A DNA stretch of 64,000 nucleotides, from positions 83,142,001 through 83,206,000 of the forward strand of contig OX597831.1 in assembly GCA_951406725.2 (NCBI GenBank). Reading direction: 5' to 3'. The DNA is from Octopus vulgaris. Taxonomy: Eukaryota. This document shows positions 41,061-53,973 of this stretch, piece after piece; positions within the stretch are counted from its first letter, which is position 1; each line of letters starts with the position of its first letter. The translations under genes were made by a program, and so were the position numbers. Below the pieces are notes generated by a model. It did no database searches. It saw nothing but the letters and a program-made list of their open reading frames with translations, and had not been told where the DNA came from.

Positions 41061-41104
41061 AGCTGTTCTATTAATTTGGAACAACTGGAACCTTCATCAT
41101 CAAG

Positions 41105-42430
41105 GATATGAAGACAGGCAAAGCTCCCAGCCCCTCAGGAATCACCACTGAGATGCTTAAAATATCTGGTGGAGTAGGATATAGCCTAGTCACCTGTATA
41201 GTTAATCAGGTTGTGCATGAGGAAGTGATACCCAACAATTGGTGTAGCAGCATTACAGTCACTTGCTACAAAGGCAAAGGTGATGCATTAGACAAGAATA
41301 ATTACAGAGACATCAAATTGCTGGAGTAGGGGATGAAAGTCACAGAAAGGGTCATAACCGAATTAATTAGGAAGAGATTTAGCGTAGATGAGATGCAGTT
41401 CAGATTTGTGCCAGGCAGGAGCACAACTGATACTATATTCCTGGTTAGGCAACTTCAGGAGAAATATTTAGCCCAAAATAAACCTCTGTACTTGGCTTTT
41501 GTCAATACAGAGAAAGCTTTTGACAGAGTTCCCCATTCCCTTATCTGGTGGTCAATGTGGAAGCTAGGAATAGGTGAGTGATTAGTAGGAGCAGTACAAG
41601 CCATGTACAGGGATGCTGCCAGCAATGAGTATAGCAATGAATTCAGTGTACAGGTAGGAGTTCACCAAGGCTCAGTTCTCAGCCCCCTCCTGTTTATCTT
41701 AGTCCTCCAGGCGTTAATAGAGGAATGTAAGACAGGCTGCCTCAGGGAGCTCCTCTGTGCTGATGACCTTGTTCTTATAGCTGAATCACTACCTAACCTA
41801 GAGAAGAAACGACTGGAATCTATGGGCCTTAGGGTTGATTTAGCAAAAGTCAAAGTCCTAGTAAGTAGGAGGACAGACAAATCACAAGTCCCTTCTAGGA
41901 GATGGCCCTGCTCAATATGTAAGAAGGGTGTTGGTAGAAGCCCCATATGTTGTATTCAGTGCAAGCTTTGGACACATAAAAGGTGCAGCAGTATCACAAG
42001 AAGGTTAACGGAGAATATAGTGTTTGTATGTGGCAAATGTCAAACACAAGCGCTAAAAATACAGACAATAGGCTCCCTCAATGGATGCTGGGCCTCACTG
42101 AGGAAATGATGAGGGACCAGAAGATTTGGCAATTTGCTGTACTTGATAAGATGTGTGAAGCTAATTAAATTACCTGTCTTCTACACATACAGGCTTGTCC
42201 TTTCAGATGTGGGTGCCACTTAAAAATGCACCTATGATGGTAAAAAGCACCCTGCACACCCTGTTAAGGGGTTCGCATTAGGAAGGGCATCCAATCATAA
42301 CAACCATGCCACAACACACAGTTCAAGTCCACACAGCTCCCTTCTAATCAGCACCATGTCAAACTGTCCAACCCATGCCGGCATGCAGAGTCATCATCAT
42401 AGATGTTAAATAATGATGATGATGATGATG
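41105..42430 (+). mobile_element. RTE LINE, 5'-truncated and internally deleted (RT, PHD-like finger, 3' end, (GAT)n tail)
   Basis: GKAPSPSGI, YKGKGD..NYRDIKLL, QFRFVPGRSTTD, EKAFDRVP, GVHQGSVLSPLLF, CADD, then a CSIC..CIQC..H..C..CGKC cluster. Confidence 0.9.
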
Positions 42431-42948
42431 TTATGTATGTATGCATGCATGTATTATCTTGCCTGTGTATATGAGACTATAATTTCCAGAATGTCCTTCT
42501 CTAATTTGAGATGATAGGGTGTAATTTAAGACAAATGTGGTTGCTATATTTAGTAATGTGTAGGAGTGGGGTGGGGGATTGGCTCAAAGTAAATTTTGTT
42601 GTGTTTTTCCAAATCAGTTGTACTTGAACAAAATTATAATAAAAGACATTCTATTCATAACAATCCTGTCATTTGTATGTCAAGGACAATATTCTTCAAT
42701 ATGACATAAGGATGTCATTTGTAAGAATTATGGCTGTTATTTTTAGCAAGTTCAGTGACCATGTATCAGTTCCCAGATTTTCAAAAGTGCCAGCCAGTGA
42801 ACAGTTCTCCTTCACCCTCTTTCTCTCTTACACTTTCTTTTTCATATGTTTAATGTAGGTGGCTGAACTAACAGGTTAGTTAATCCATTGGTCATCTTTA
42901 GAGACGGTGTGAGTTTTGACTTAATTAGGGGACAGTGAAAGGTTTCAG

Positions 42949-42980
<32 letters not shown>

Positions 42981-43689
42981 TATACATCATCACCTTAGAT
43001 GCATTATTATCAAATTATCATTATTAAGAAGACAAATGGTAAAGTTGATATCGACAGGACAAGTAAGTGAAGGTATTATGCAATCAATCAAAGTGCATAT
43101 TTATCATAATTATTGATTACAAACAGGTCACAGTGTGAGTGGGGAGGGGGGGGAGGCTGAGAGAAACAGCAAGAAATGTTCTTTGCATTAATGTAAACAC
43201 ACAAGATTAGACTGATAAGAAAATAAGGGAAAGAAAGGGGACCTGGTGTATAAAAATGACCAGAAATAGAGAGAAAAGTGTCTGAAGAGATAAAAAGGGA
43301 TGGAAAAATGTATGAAAGAAATATAAAGATTTGCCAAGAGAGGATAATAATTGTGGCTATTGATTGTTGTGGCAGACAGATATTAGATAATGATAAGTTG
43401 ACGTGTTGAAATGAAAGGTTATATCTGTTTTTATAGAGAGTATAAAGTGAGAGAGATTGATTGATAATACTCAAATTGCTAAAATGATAGGAAGGTAAGG
43501 TGATGGAAATTTTATCTATTTCAAAGATATTTACTTTACTAACATGCAAACATTGACCAAACAATATCTGGTCTACATTATAAAGGGAGTGTCACTGTAT
43601 ACACACACACACACACACATGTATTGAGAGAAGCAACTGATGAAAGACTTGAGAAGCAGGATTCAATATTAGTGAGGAGTCTAAAGTCT

Positions 43690-43950
43690 TTAAGTGGAGG
43701 TGGCACAAGATTGGTTGACTGTGAAGAGCAGAGACCCCTGTAGTAACTGTTGAAAGATGAGAGTGAGGAGACACAGCATACAGGAAGAGGTTGGAGTGTG
43801 TTGGTAAAGGACTTCATGACAACAAGACTGGTGACCTTTTCTTCTGGAATATATTTGACTGTAGCAGCTACAGCAGCACCATTCCAGGTGTGGGAGCAGC
43901 ACCATTTATTGCTAGTCGCACTTGAGTCTTGTAAAGGGAACCTGAAGGTG
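43690..43950 (-). mobile_element. Decayed LINE C-terminal remnant (CR1/Jockey-group)
   Basis: CCSHTWNGA..LQPL..VSSLSSFNSYYRGLCSS..LVPPP resembles EYCSH.W.GA..LQPL.HRR.V.SL.LFYRYY.G.CS.EL..LVP. Confidence 0.6.
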
Positions 43951-46900
43951 TTTTTGAGGTTCAGCTGAAGCTGACTGACAGACAAATAATAATGTCTTCA
44001 TTAATTAAAATTATTATTTGTTGTCACATTAAGTATTATAAATGAAGTTGAAATTTATAAATACTTGGTTTAAATAACCTGATTCAGCTTTTTACTAAAC
44101 TAACAAAATAATTTCTTCTCTTTAGAAAATATTTTTTTTTAAATGAAACATAATTAACTAAAAGCCAACAGCTGGTTCAATGAGTAAACAAGGCTGCAAC
44201 TAATTGAATCAATACAGTTTGTGTTTCGAGTGGAGGACCACCACCTTAGGACGATGACACGGTAATGGACTGTCCCACCAAGTTAAAAAACATGTAACAT
44301 GTGCTATAGCTCATCACTATAATGGATTGTTCCATCTAGACACGAATAATAATCAGTAAGTTAAGATTGTATTTCATGTGTTAGCTAAGCTGAGTTTAAC
44401 TTGCTCACCATTTTGAGTGCCACTTGGTGAAGAAAGGGGATCATCAGGCTAGGGGTACCACATGAAAACCCTTTTTGTAGCTCCCCTATCATCAAATATG
44501 TTGGGAAACAAATTATAAGAAATACATAGTTTTATTTTACTGACTTGTTTTGTTTTTTGGTTTGGCCAAAGGAGGAAAGGTCACTCAGTTAAATCTTTTA
44601 TTAGGGCCCCTAAAATTGGAGCAGGGAGGAAAGCAGGAATGTATCATGAGGCCAGAGATCTAATCTGAATGCAACAAAGTGTACCCCCAACTAAAGGTAG
44701 CCAATGATCAGGTGGCAATGTTTAACTGGATAAAGAATGATGTCTACCACAAACAACAGAAATTGTCCAATAGATAGGCTTCCACACAGTTTGGTTGTCC
44801 TGAAATTGTGATGGAACATACTTGGCCAAAATGGTGTGAAATAGGATCAAACTTTAGCCTTGTACTAAAAAAAATACATTTCAAGACTACACAACCATGT
44901 CTGCATTCAAATTGATAAAAAGTGTAAAGTAATCTTTCTCCCAGAAAGACATTTCTGCAGATAAAACATAGATTTTTAAAATGGGTTACAAAACAATAGC
45001 TAAAAACCAATTACTTTGTCTAGAATTATCAAAATCCTACATTATTTTATAAATGATTTCTCCTAATTAGGAATATTGATCAAGCTAAAGTCAGCATCTT
45101 TGTATTTCTTCTACTGTTAATACACACCCACCCCCCATAAATGCTACCCCTGCCACCACCTCTGCCACTCTGTTGTTGTTTCTGGTGCTATGCTAGATCC
45201 ATTTCAATCATGTTACACCGGACAAACCTATTTTCACCACTCCCATCTTGTTCTCGATATTATGTTCAGATTTATCATAATATAATCACACTTATGCAAC
45301 ACTACTTCACCTTAGAACTACCTTCAGCATGGTTTGTTTGTTTGTTTTTTTCCTCCGTTTAGTGTACAAGAGAACATTAGACAATTATTTAAACAGTGAT
45401 AATCACACCCAACTTCAATGTAATTGGAATAAAAGCTCTCTCAGACAGTCAATAATAGGAAAGAAGTTATAAAAGTAGATTATTTATAGAGCAGACATTC
45501 ATGATTTGTAGCTGTATTTTATGTTTTTTGACCCTAATTCTATACCAGACAGCAGCAGCAGTCTACAGGTTTTCTTTGTGAAGAGAACCTATTTGTAGGA
45601 TCTGAAATAATGAGGTGTGGAAATGTATAAACCAGAAGGCAGCAAATTGATGCTAGGTAATCTGTAGATTTTAACAACACCGGAACTTTTCATATGAAAA
45701 TGGTTCACACTATTGAGAAACATCTTTACAAGAACAAGTGTCAAAGACAATCTGTGTAAAGGAAGCAAAATATATCAAACAGTTAAATAAAGTCACTTCA
45801 TTCTGGTTAAATTAACCAAATTTAAGGCTTTTCGGTTATTTGGTTGGCACTGTTGAAACTTTCTACTTACAACAGCTTCATATTTTAACAAACAAAAAAC
45901 TCACTTAGGACTTGATAAACTACAAATAAAAGAATCCCAAGAAGGGATTCAATTTGAAGGGATTTGAAGAGAGTTATGTCCGATGAAGTTGTCTTTAATC
46001 TGGGAAATATCGGTAACAACTGCAAGAAACAGCAACCAAATCTCAGTTTAATTAAAGCCTAACACCTTTTAAAAAGGAACACATCTGATAATGGAATACT
46101 TAATACTCAAGAATAGGACAGGATGGCCATGGCTAGAATGCTGCTCAGTGACAGCTAACTAATGGCAACAACAACTACTGAAGAGGGTGTGGTTAAAGTT
46201 TAAAGCAGGAAGTGAAAGCTTCCAGGAAGATTTGTAAGGGTGATGCAGTAAAGATGGACAAGTATATCAAAGAATACGAACCTATTTGGTGATGTGTCTT
46301 TTAAATACAGAATAGAGGAGCAGAGGCTATTGCATAGAAGTGGAGGAGGAGGAGGAGGACATAGTTAATTGGCTGTAAGTACAAGATGTTATTTGAAACC
46401 AGTTGTAACTGGATTATGGTTAGTTGCAGGTCAATTAATTATATTTGGCTGCAAGTAGATTTTAATTAGTCATGAATGGGGTGGGGTGAGGGGGGATGTG
46501 GTGTAGCGATGGTTTTGGAGAGGAGGAGGGGATGTGGTGGAAGGGTAGGGGTTGGGGTATTCTGATTCTATCTGCATTGTTTTAGATTAAATAGTAAAGA
46601 CTATAAAACAAAGAAATGTTTTTATTTTTAGCCATCAAGTAATCTATGAAACTTCAGACGAAACTGAAGGCAATTTGTAAATAAATTAAAAGACAGTCTG
46701 TAAGATTAAAGCAGACTCCGAGTAGAGCTCACTGCCTGAACAGTAAATAAAGAGCTGAACACAGAATCAGGCTTCACTAAAATACAAACTTGTCTCTTCA
46801 CCAAGAATTTTTGCCATAACATAAGTTGTATTCCCAGATGTCAACTTTACATTCCAAAAAGAAGAAATAAACAATTTATCATGCTTATTTTGACTTTTGT

Positions 46901-47458
46901 AGTCCTTAATGATATAATACTCTCCATAATACTCACAGAAAACTCAACCAATTGGTTTTCATTTCAAGACACATTTATAAACACTCAATTACAATCAAAA
47001 CATTTAACGAGCAGTGAATAGAGATCCTTTTCCTGAAATGACACCAGCTTTGCAGGGTTATGTCTGTACACTTTGGTGTTTGTAGTTGCTAGAATTTCAC
47101 TTGAATAACACAACTAACAACTGCAACACCCAAGTATTATAGTCTTTGTAAACAGATATTTCTTCGCTGATGATGAAGAAGAAGAAGAAGAAGAAGAAGA
47201 AGAAGAATGCCAGTGAAATAAATGTAGACCAATGTTTACAGCAAACGGAGCAGATGAAAGAAATCAACATCAGTTTATTACTGGTACATATTTTATTAAA
47301 GCAGCATCACTCCTGAGATGAGGGTGTGGGATGTCAATTTTGACCATAATCAAGTTATTTAAAGAAGATCCTCATTCCAGAAATTCAACAACCAATTCAT
47401 TGACCAATGATGGGAATAGAACAAATATAAACGATATCCTATTTTCTTTCTCTTTATG

Positions 47459-47581
47459 AATTAGCTACACTACAACATTAACATAATTTATGTCACTTTA
47501 TAAATAAATTAGCTACACTACAACATTAACATAATTTATGTCACTTTATAAATAAATTAGCTACACTACAACATTAACATA
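47459..47581. repeat. 48-bp tandem repeat, about 2.5 identical copies
   Basis: AATTAGCTACACTACAACATTAACATAATTTATGTCACTTTATAAATA repeated. Confidence 0.95.
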
Positions 47582-47698
47582 CTATGGATGAATTGTAATT
47601 ATATTGAAAATCAGTTTTATCTATTTCTAAGATAACAATCAGTTTTAAAATAATTCTTTCATAATTATGTTGCTAGCAGCAAATTCGTCTACACAACT

Positions 47699-47750
<52 letters not shown>

Positions 47751-49324
47751 TTCATCTCTCCCCCTCTCTCTCTTTCTCTCTCCCTCTCTCTCTTTCTCTC
47801 TCACTGCCTATTCTGCTTCTACAATAGCATCATCCTGGCTCAGTCCTCCTAGCTGTAAATAGATACCACAGTGTGGAATAGCTCAACAATATAAACAATG
47901 TTTGCATTTAGAGAAAAACAAAAAAATGCAAACATCGTAAGTAGAAGGAGTCTGCTGAAGAGGAAGAGCAAATGAGACATGGCCAAGGGTTGTATGAAGA
48001 AATCTGAGAATGATGAGTCTTCTGAAAGAGATGTCAAAACATTGTAAGATTTGGAAAAACACTGGGTTGGAAGTGACCAGCATGGGAAAGTGTTGATGAT
48101 GTTGATGATGATGATGATGATGTTAGTGGTGGTGATGATGATGCTGGTGGTGGCGAGAGGTGTTAGTATGAAAAGTGATGGTGGGGGTGGTAGTGGTGGT
48201 GATATTGACGATGATGAGGATTTACAATTCTAGAGTTATAAAAAAACAAGGGTAAAAACCATTTCAATAAACTGTTCCCTCAAAGATTAGTGAAAAAGAA
48301 TCAATTAATGGTGATACCTTCCTTCTACTGCTTTTTTTTTTGTCCCTTTCCCTCACACCGGCTGTCCATAATTGCCCCTTACAATGTTGGACAGCCCTAG
48401 CCCTTTCCTTTTGTTTTCCCTTCTCTCTCTCTCTCTCCTGTTCACTACCAAACACCCCACCCTCACCATTAACCATCCTTCATCCCTCCACCTAGAATAA
48501 TCATCCACTCTCTGTTCTCCCCCAATTATAAGAGCTATTTATGTCCTTAGTCTTGCAGGTTGCAAGCTAATCTTCACTTGTGCCACTGGCATGAAAAAAG
48601 CAGCCAGAACAGTGCAAAGGGGTTAGCATTTGGGTGGGCTCCCAATTGAAGAAAGCACAGCAAAGCAGAGGTTGGTGCATGGTGCAGCCTTCTCACTTGT
48701 CAGATCCTGTCAAACCATCCAATCTATGCTATCATGTGAGACTGTACTTTTATTTTCTGTGTTCCTTTCTGTCAAAGAGCATAGGCTCGAAACATAAAAA
48801 ACTTTCTCACTTCCAGAGCATAAAACTAATACATCTGTTTGTTGTTGACACACCCGTCTTCGCCTTTTGTTTTTTGTTTTTTGTAAATTCTCACTATACA
48901 CACACACACATAGAGAGAGGGGAGGGAGAGTGAAGGAGAAAAAAAGAGTGTGTGTGTAAAAGATTTTCCTTTAATAATGTAACTGGTATGTACTAAAAGT
49001 GCTCAGTTTGGTTTACCACTAAAAGTCCAGCTTGAACTGCTTATCATCTATTACCTTAGATTTTCCTTTATACTTCATCAACAAAACTTCTAATAGATAT
49101 AATCTCTCACTAAGAATTTCATTAACTCTTCAATCATGGAACTACCAACTACAATTATCTTTTACTTTGGACACTCCTTAATTCTTCAACAAACAGGTAG
49201 CTATTAATATCTTTGATTAAAGATATTGTTTATTTCTCTCTTCCCATGAAAATCTTTGATCAATAGCATTAGCTCCACCTGCATAGCTTTTCTAAAAACA
49301 GCTGTAAGAAACTTTACCTATTGT

Positions 49325-49608
49325 ATGGGCGTTGCCAGCACCGCATCAACTGGCTTCTGTGCCGGTGGCACGTAAAAAGCACCAACCGATTGTGGCCGTT
49401 GCCAGCCTCACCTGACACCTGTGCCGGTGGCACATAAAAAGCACCCACTACACTCACGGAGTGGTTGGCATTAGGAAGGGCATCCAGCTGTAGAAACATA
49501 GCCAGATCAGACTGGAGCCTGGTGCAGCCTCCTGGCTTCCCAGACCCCGGTCGAACCATCCAACCCATGCTAGCATGGAAAACGGACGTTAAACGATGAT
49601 GATGATGA
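49325..49608 (+). mobile_element. RTE-3'UTR-derived (GAT)n-tailed element
   Basis: GTGCCGGTGGCAC repeats; ends CATGCTAGCATGGAAAACGGACGTTAAACGATGATG. Confidence 0.88.
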
Positions 49609-49639
49609 TATATACATACATATATATATATATATATAT

Positions 49640-50515
49640 GGATTGATCAATAAGTATCCGGACTGTTGCCATAGTAATGAAGCTAAAGCACACAGAGTGA
49701 AGCTGCTTGACAAAGATTGACCTTGAACTCTGCTGTGCACGTGCACTAAGTTTTAACATTCTAGCTCACTTCCATTTTTTACAGCAATGCTTGGAAGGAA
49801 GGTGTGCAGCATGTGATCGTTGCTTTAATCATGACAGAGAGAGAGAGTTGAGCAGAGAATCTGCATCAAATTTTGCCAAAAGCTTAGCAATACCTGCTCA
49901 GAGGCCTACATCAAGTTTTTAAAAAGTTTTCACCATTCTCAACACAATCAACGAGATCTTGTGCAACTGAAATCCGTGTGTCTTTTTGGTCAACTGAAAA
50001 CAATTTTGGCACAAACTTGGCAGACATGTGCCTCTTCCCCAAATCTTCAGTGATAATGGTCTGAACTGAACTGTAACTAATCTGCACATCTGATAACTCA
50101 CAGATGGGGATTCGACAATTTTCCCTCACAGCTGCATGCACATGTGAGATGTTTTTCTCAGTTCTGCTGGTAGTGGGTCTCCCAGAACGTTCGTCAATAT
50201 CCACATTTTTACAGCCATCTTGAAAACATCTGAACCACTCGTACACTTGTGTGAGGCTCATACACCCCTCTCCATACACTTTCTGCAACTTTGCATAGGC
50301 CTCTGAGCAGGTATTGCCTCGACAGCTTTCTCTGTCATGATCACACACTACACACGTTCCTTCCAAGCACTGTTCTAAGGAGTGGAGGTGATCTACAATG
50401 TTAAAACATAGTGCACATACACAGTAGAGTTCAAGGCAATCTTTGCCAAACAGCTTCACTCTGTGTGCTTTAGCTTTATTACTAAGGCAACAGACTGGAT
50501 ACTTACTGATCAGAC
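49640..50515. mobile_element. Mariner derivative made of two inward-facing 5' ends, with the transposase HTH region on minus
   Basis: 49640-49916 (+) and ~50290-50515 (-) are inverted copies; minus ORF VYG..MSLTQVYEWFRCFQDG..DERSGRP..SAKFVPKL; plus arm encodes EQRICIKFCQKL. Confidence 0.88.
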
Positions 50516-50706
50516 ATCATCATCATCGTTTAACGTCCGTTTTCCATGCTAGCATGGGTTGGGCGGTTCGACCAGGGTCTGGTAAGCTATGGAAGCTGCA
50601 CCAGGCTCTAGTCTGATTTGGCAGTGTTTCTACAGCTGGATGCCCTTCCTAACGCCAACCACTCTGTGAGTGTAGTGGGTGCTTTTTACGTATCACCGGC
50701 ATGGGT
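50515..50706 (-). mobile_element. RTE-3'UTR-derived (GAT)n-tailed element
   Basis: Reverse complement of ~49420-49608. Confidence 0.88.
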
Positions 50707-50730
50707 GTCTTAACTACAATTTCCATTTGA

Positions 50731-50786
<56 letters not shown>

Positions 50787-50789
<3 letters not shown>

Positions 50790-53602
50790 AGTTAGTTAGT
50801 TAGTTAGTTAATTTGGCTCAAAAGCAAATAGCAAGGCCATGTAGGGGGACATGGAGTTAAGTACAGGGTGGTGTTCATGTAAAGAGTTCAGGCCACTTGA
50901 GGTCCAGGGAGGCTTTGAACAAAGCGGTCATCGGCATCTTCACCATCTCGTCTGGCAGCTTGTTCCACGGATCCACAACCCGGACGGAGAAAGCTCCTCT
51001 CCTTCGATTGAGATGAAATCGTCGCAGGTAGAGCTTTTCGGAATGACCCCGCAGCCGACGCTCTGGAGCAGGAGTGAAGAACAGCTCTTTCGAGAGGTTA
51101 CACTTTCCGCTTATGATGTTGTGGGCGAGAATGAGATCACTACGGCGGCGGCGTTTTTCAAGAGAATAATGGTCGAGCGTCCTCAGCCTTTCTTTGTAGG
51201 ACAAATTTTTGAGACCATGAACCATGCGGGTAGCCAGCTTCTGGACCCTTTCGAGATGCTGTATGTCTTTGAGGAGATAAGGAGAAGAGGCTTGAATCCC
51301 ATACTCCAATACGGGTCTCACCAGCGTGACATAGAGTGGTAGGAATATGGCTGTTGTGAGCATTCCGAATGACCGTCGAATCAAGAACAGAATTCCGCGT
51401 GCTTTGTTGGCAGCATGGACGCACTGGGCCGAAGGCGAAAAGGAGGAATCCAACAAGATACCTAGGTCCTTTACCTGATCGGTCCTCTCCAGCAGCAGAC
51501 GACCCGGCTCGAAATCAAGTTGAGTTGCAGGAGTAGAGCCGACAGGCAGATGACAGCACTTTGACACGTTCAGACACAGGTCCCAATCGTTAGACCACTT
51601 CCAAATTTGGTGGAGGCATCGACGAAGATCCTCTATATTACCACGAGGAGCGACCAGTTTGATATCGTCGGCAAATAGAAGGGTGTGTTGCGTGAGGTCG
51701 TCGGGCAAGTCATTTATGAAGACTAAGAACAACAAGGGCCCAAGCACTGAACCTTGAGGCACGCCACTGCTCGCACTGGAGACGTCGGACCGCGAACCAT
51801 TAACTTGGACTTGGAAGGAGCGATCTGAGAGGAAGGCACCAACCCATCGTACAATATCCGGATGGAAACTATATGCTTGAAGCTTGACAAGTAATAGGCG
51901 ATGGTTTACCGAGTCAAAAGCTTTGGCAAAGTCCAGTAAAACGATGTCAACAGCATCACTATCATCGAGGATGCGCGTCACCAATTCTTCCATTACTAGT
52001 AAGTTGGTCAAGCATGATCTCTTCGGCACGAAGCCGTATTGGGAATCAGAGATAGAGGCTGTGTTTAGGAGGTAGAGCATCATACTTTTCTTAAGGATGG
52101 TTTCGAACATCTTGTGATTATTGATGTAAGGGAAACCGGTCGGTAGTTAAGCGGGTCTTCGCAGCTCCCTTTCTTGAAAATTGGGCAGATTATCGCTGTT
52201 CTCCAGTCTGCAGGTATAACACCCGTCGCCAATGACATATTGAATAGTCGCGTTAAGGGCTCGCAGATGACCGGAGCCAATGCTTTGATAACCCGTGGGT
52301 GTATGCCATCAGGGCCATGACCCTTGTTGACATCGAGGCCTTGAATAACACGTTTGACTTCGTCCCGCGTGATGACCAATCAAAGCATTGGAGGTACCGA
52401 TCTATCAAATGGAGGGGGTTCACGACCATCATCTTGTTTGAAAATAGTTGAAAAAGCCTCGGCAAATAATTGACTCTGTTGATAAGGGTCCTCAATCGAT
52501 ACGCCTGTTGAGTCTACCAACGTTGCAATCTGGTTGTTCAAGCGGGAATTCCGCTGGACATGGGCAAAGAAGGTTTTTGGATTGCTACTGGCATTTGCCG
52601 CGATTTTGTATTCATAACTGAAGCGTTCTTTCTTTTCGATTTTCACGGCTCGGTCTCGTTGTGTTTTGTACACCTCAAAAGCTGCAGTCGAATCCAGATT
52701 TTTGAATTCAGCCCAAGCAATATCTCTGAGTCGACGTTCTCGTTTAACCCTCTTCGTCACCCAGGGCTTGTGTTTCTTCCTCTTGGGAAGCCCAACGGGA
52801 ACTGCCTGGTCAGTCAAACAGATTACATAAGCTTTGAGGGATGACCATAGTTCGTCAACTGAGGACAACGTCATCAGGGATCGCCAGTCCAGAAGCGCGG
52901 AAGCCTCGGTTAGAATTTCAAGATTAATTGCAGAGAAGACTCTACGTGGCAGTGAAGTAGTCGTGGGCGCAGAAAAAGTTGTGTGCATGACGAACTTCAG
53001 GACCGCATGATCACTCTTGGCAAGAGGGGCGCACACAGATACGTCTGACACTGATCTTGGATAGCGGGAGAATACCAGATCTAGCATAGATGGCTGCTGC
53101 CCAGACCGATGCCTTGTCGGATATTCAACATGTTGCGATAGAAAACAATCTTCAGCCACGTCAAGAAGGGCCTGGCCGAACCGGGAAGATGTTGTACAAA
53201 TTGATGCGGGCTAATCGATCGTGGGAGCGTTGAAGTCTCCTAGTACCAAACAGTCATGCGAAGCTGAAACAAATCTTATCGCTTCGAGTAAATGAGCATC
53301 GTCCTGGGAGTCGGCAAGAGGCGGCCTGTAGACAGCCAACACGGGCAGGCAAAACTCAGATAGGCTCAGCTTGCAATAGACGGCATCGAATTTTGTTGTA
53401 GGCTGAGCATTAGTGGGTAGAATACCGCTGGACGGTTTGTGCTCAGACTTAACATACACAGCAACACCTCCACCTCGCCTTTTTCCTCTGTCACATCTGA
53501 AAAGGACGTAGCCCTGCAGGTGGATTTCTGAGTCCTTTACTGCTGGAGTCAGCCAAGTCTCGGTGATAGCTATCACATCAGGGGAGTCACGTATGGCCAG
53601 TG

Positions 53603-53603
<1 letters not shown>
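50787..53603 (-). mobile_element. CR1-like LINE, 5'-truncated in APE, (TAAC)n tail, inserted in (TA)n
   Basis: AITETWL, GGGVAVYV, VYRPP, LGDFN, LDL, SDH; GPDGIHP, NYRPVSLT, LDFAKAFDSV, GVPQGSVLGPLLF, FADD, LERVQ..RGH..WNKLP. Confidence 0.93.
50875..53600 (-). pseudogene. CR1-like ORF2 (APE + RT) with two nonsense codons and one frameshift
   Basis: TAG at 53211-53213 and TGA at 52380-52382 in one frame; frameshift near 52110; the RT ORF 50875-52110 is open. Confidence 0.9.
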
Positions 53604-53645
<42 letters not shown>

Positions 53646-53973
53646 GCTGAGATCCCCTTCGGTCATGACTGACCATGGGATTGCACCTTAAAGTTACTCT
53701 CCCAAGCACAAGTGCGGGCAAGGTTGTTTATGGAAGACCAGCAGTCACCCATACATACCGGCCTCCCCTCTCCATGCCACCAGTGTTATCCAAGGGAAAG
53801 GCAAAGGGGCCGATACAGCTTGGCACCTGTGACATCGCAACGCATTTCCACTGGAGCAATGTGAAATAAAGTGTCTTGCTCAAGAACACAACATGCTACC
53901 CGGTCCAGGATTCGAACTCACAACCTCACGATTGTAAGTTTGATGCTCTAACCACTGAGCCATGCACTTTCAC
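53646..53973 (-). mobile_element. tRNA-derived SINE
   Basis: Minus-strand head with A-box TGGCTCAGTGG and B-box GTTCGAATCC. Confidence 0.85.

Noticed and set aside
47860-48085. Hydrophobic minus-strand ORFs resembling a signal peptide exon
   Set aside because: No convincing donor or homology; explained by a T-rich strand
50851-51342. 163-aa plus-strand ORF (also 14-316 and 52560-52844)
   Set aside because: Antisense to LINE ORF2
53895-53973. tRNA gene
   Set aside because: A/B boxes are present but there is no complete cloverleaf and it continues into a SINE body; the same applies to 18711, 20749 and 37958
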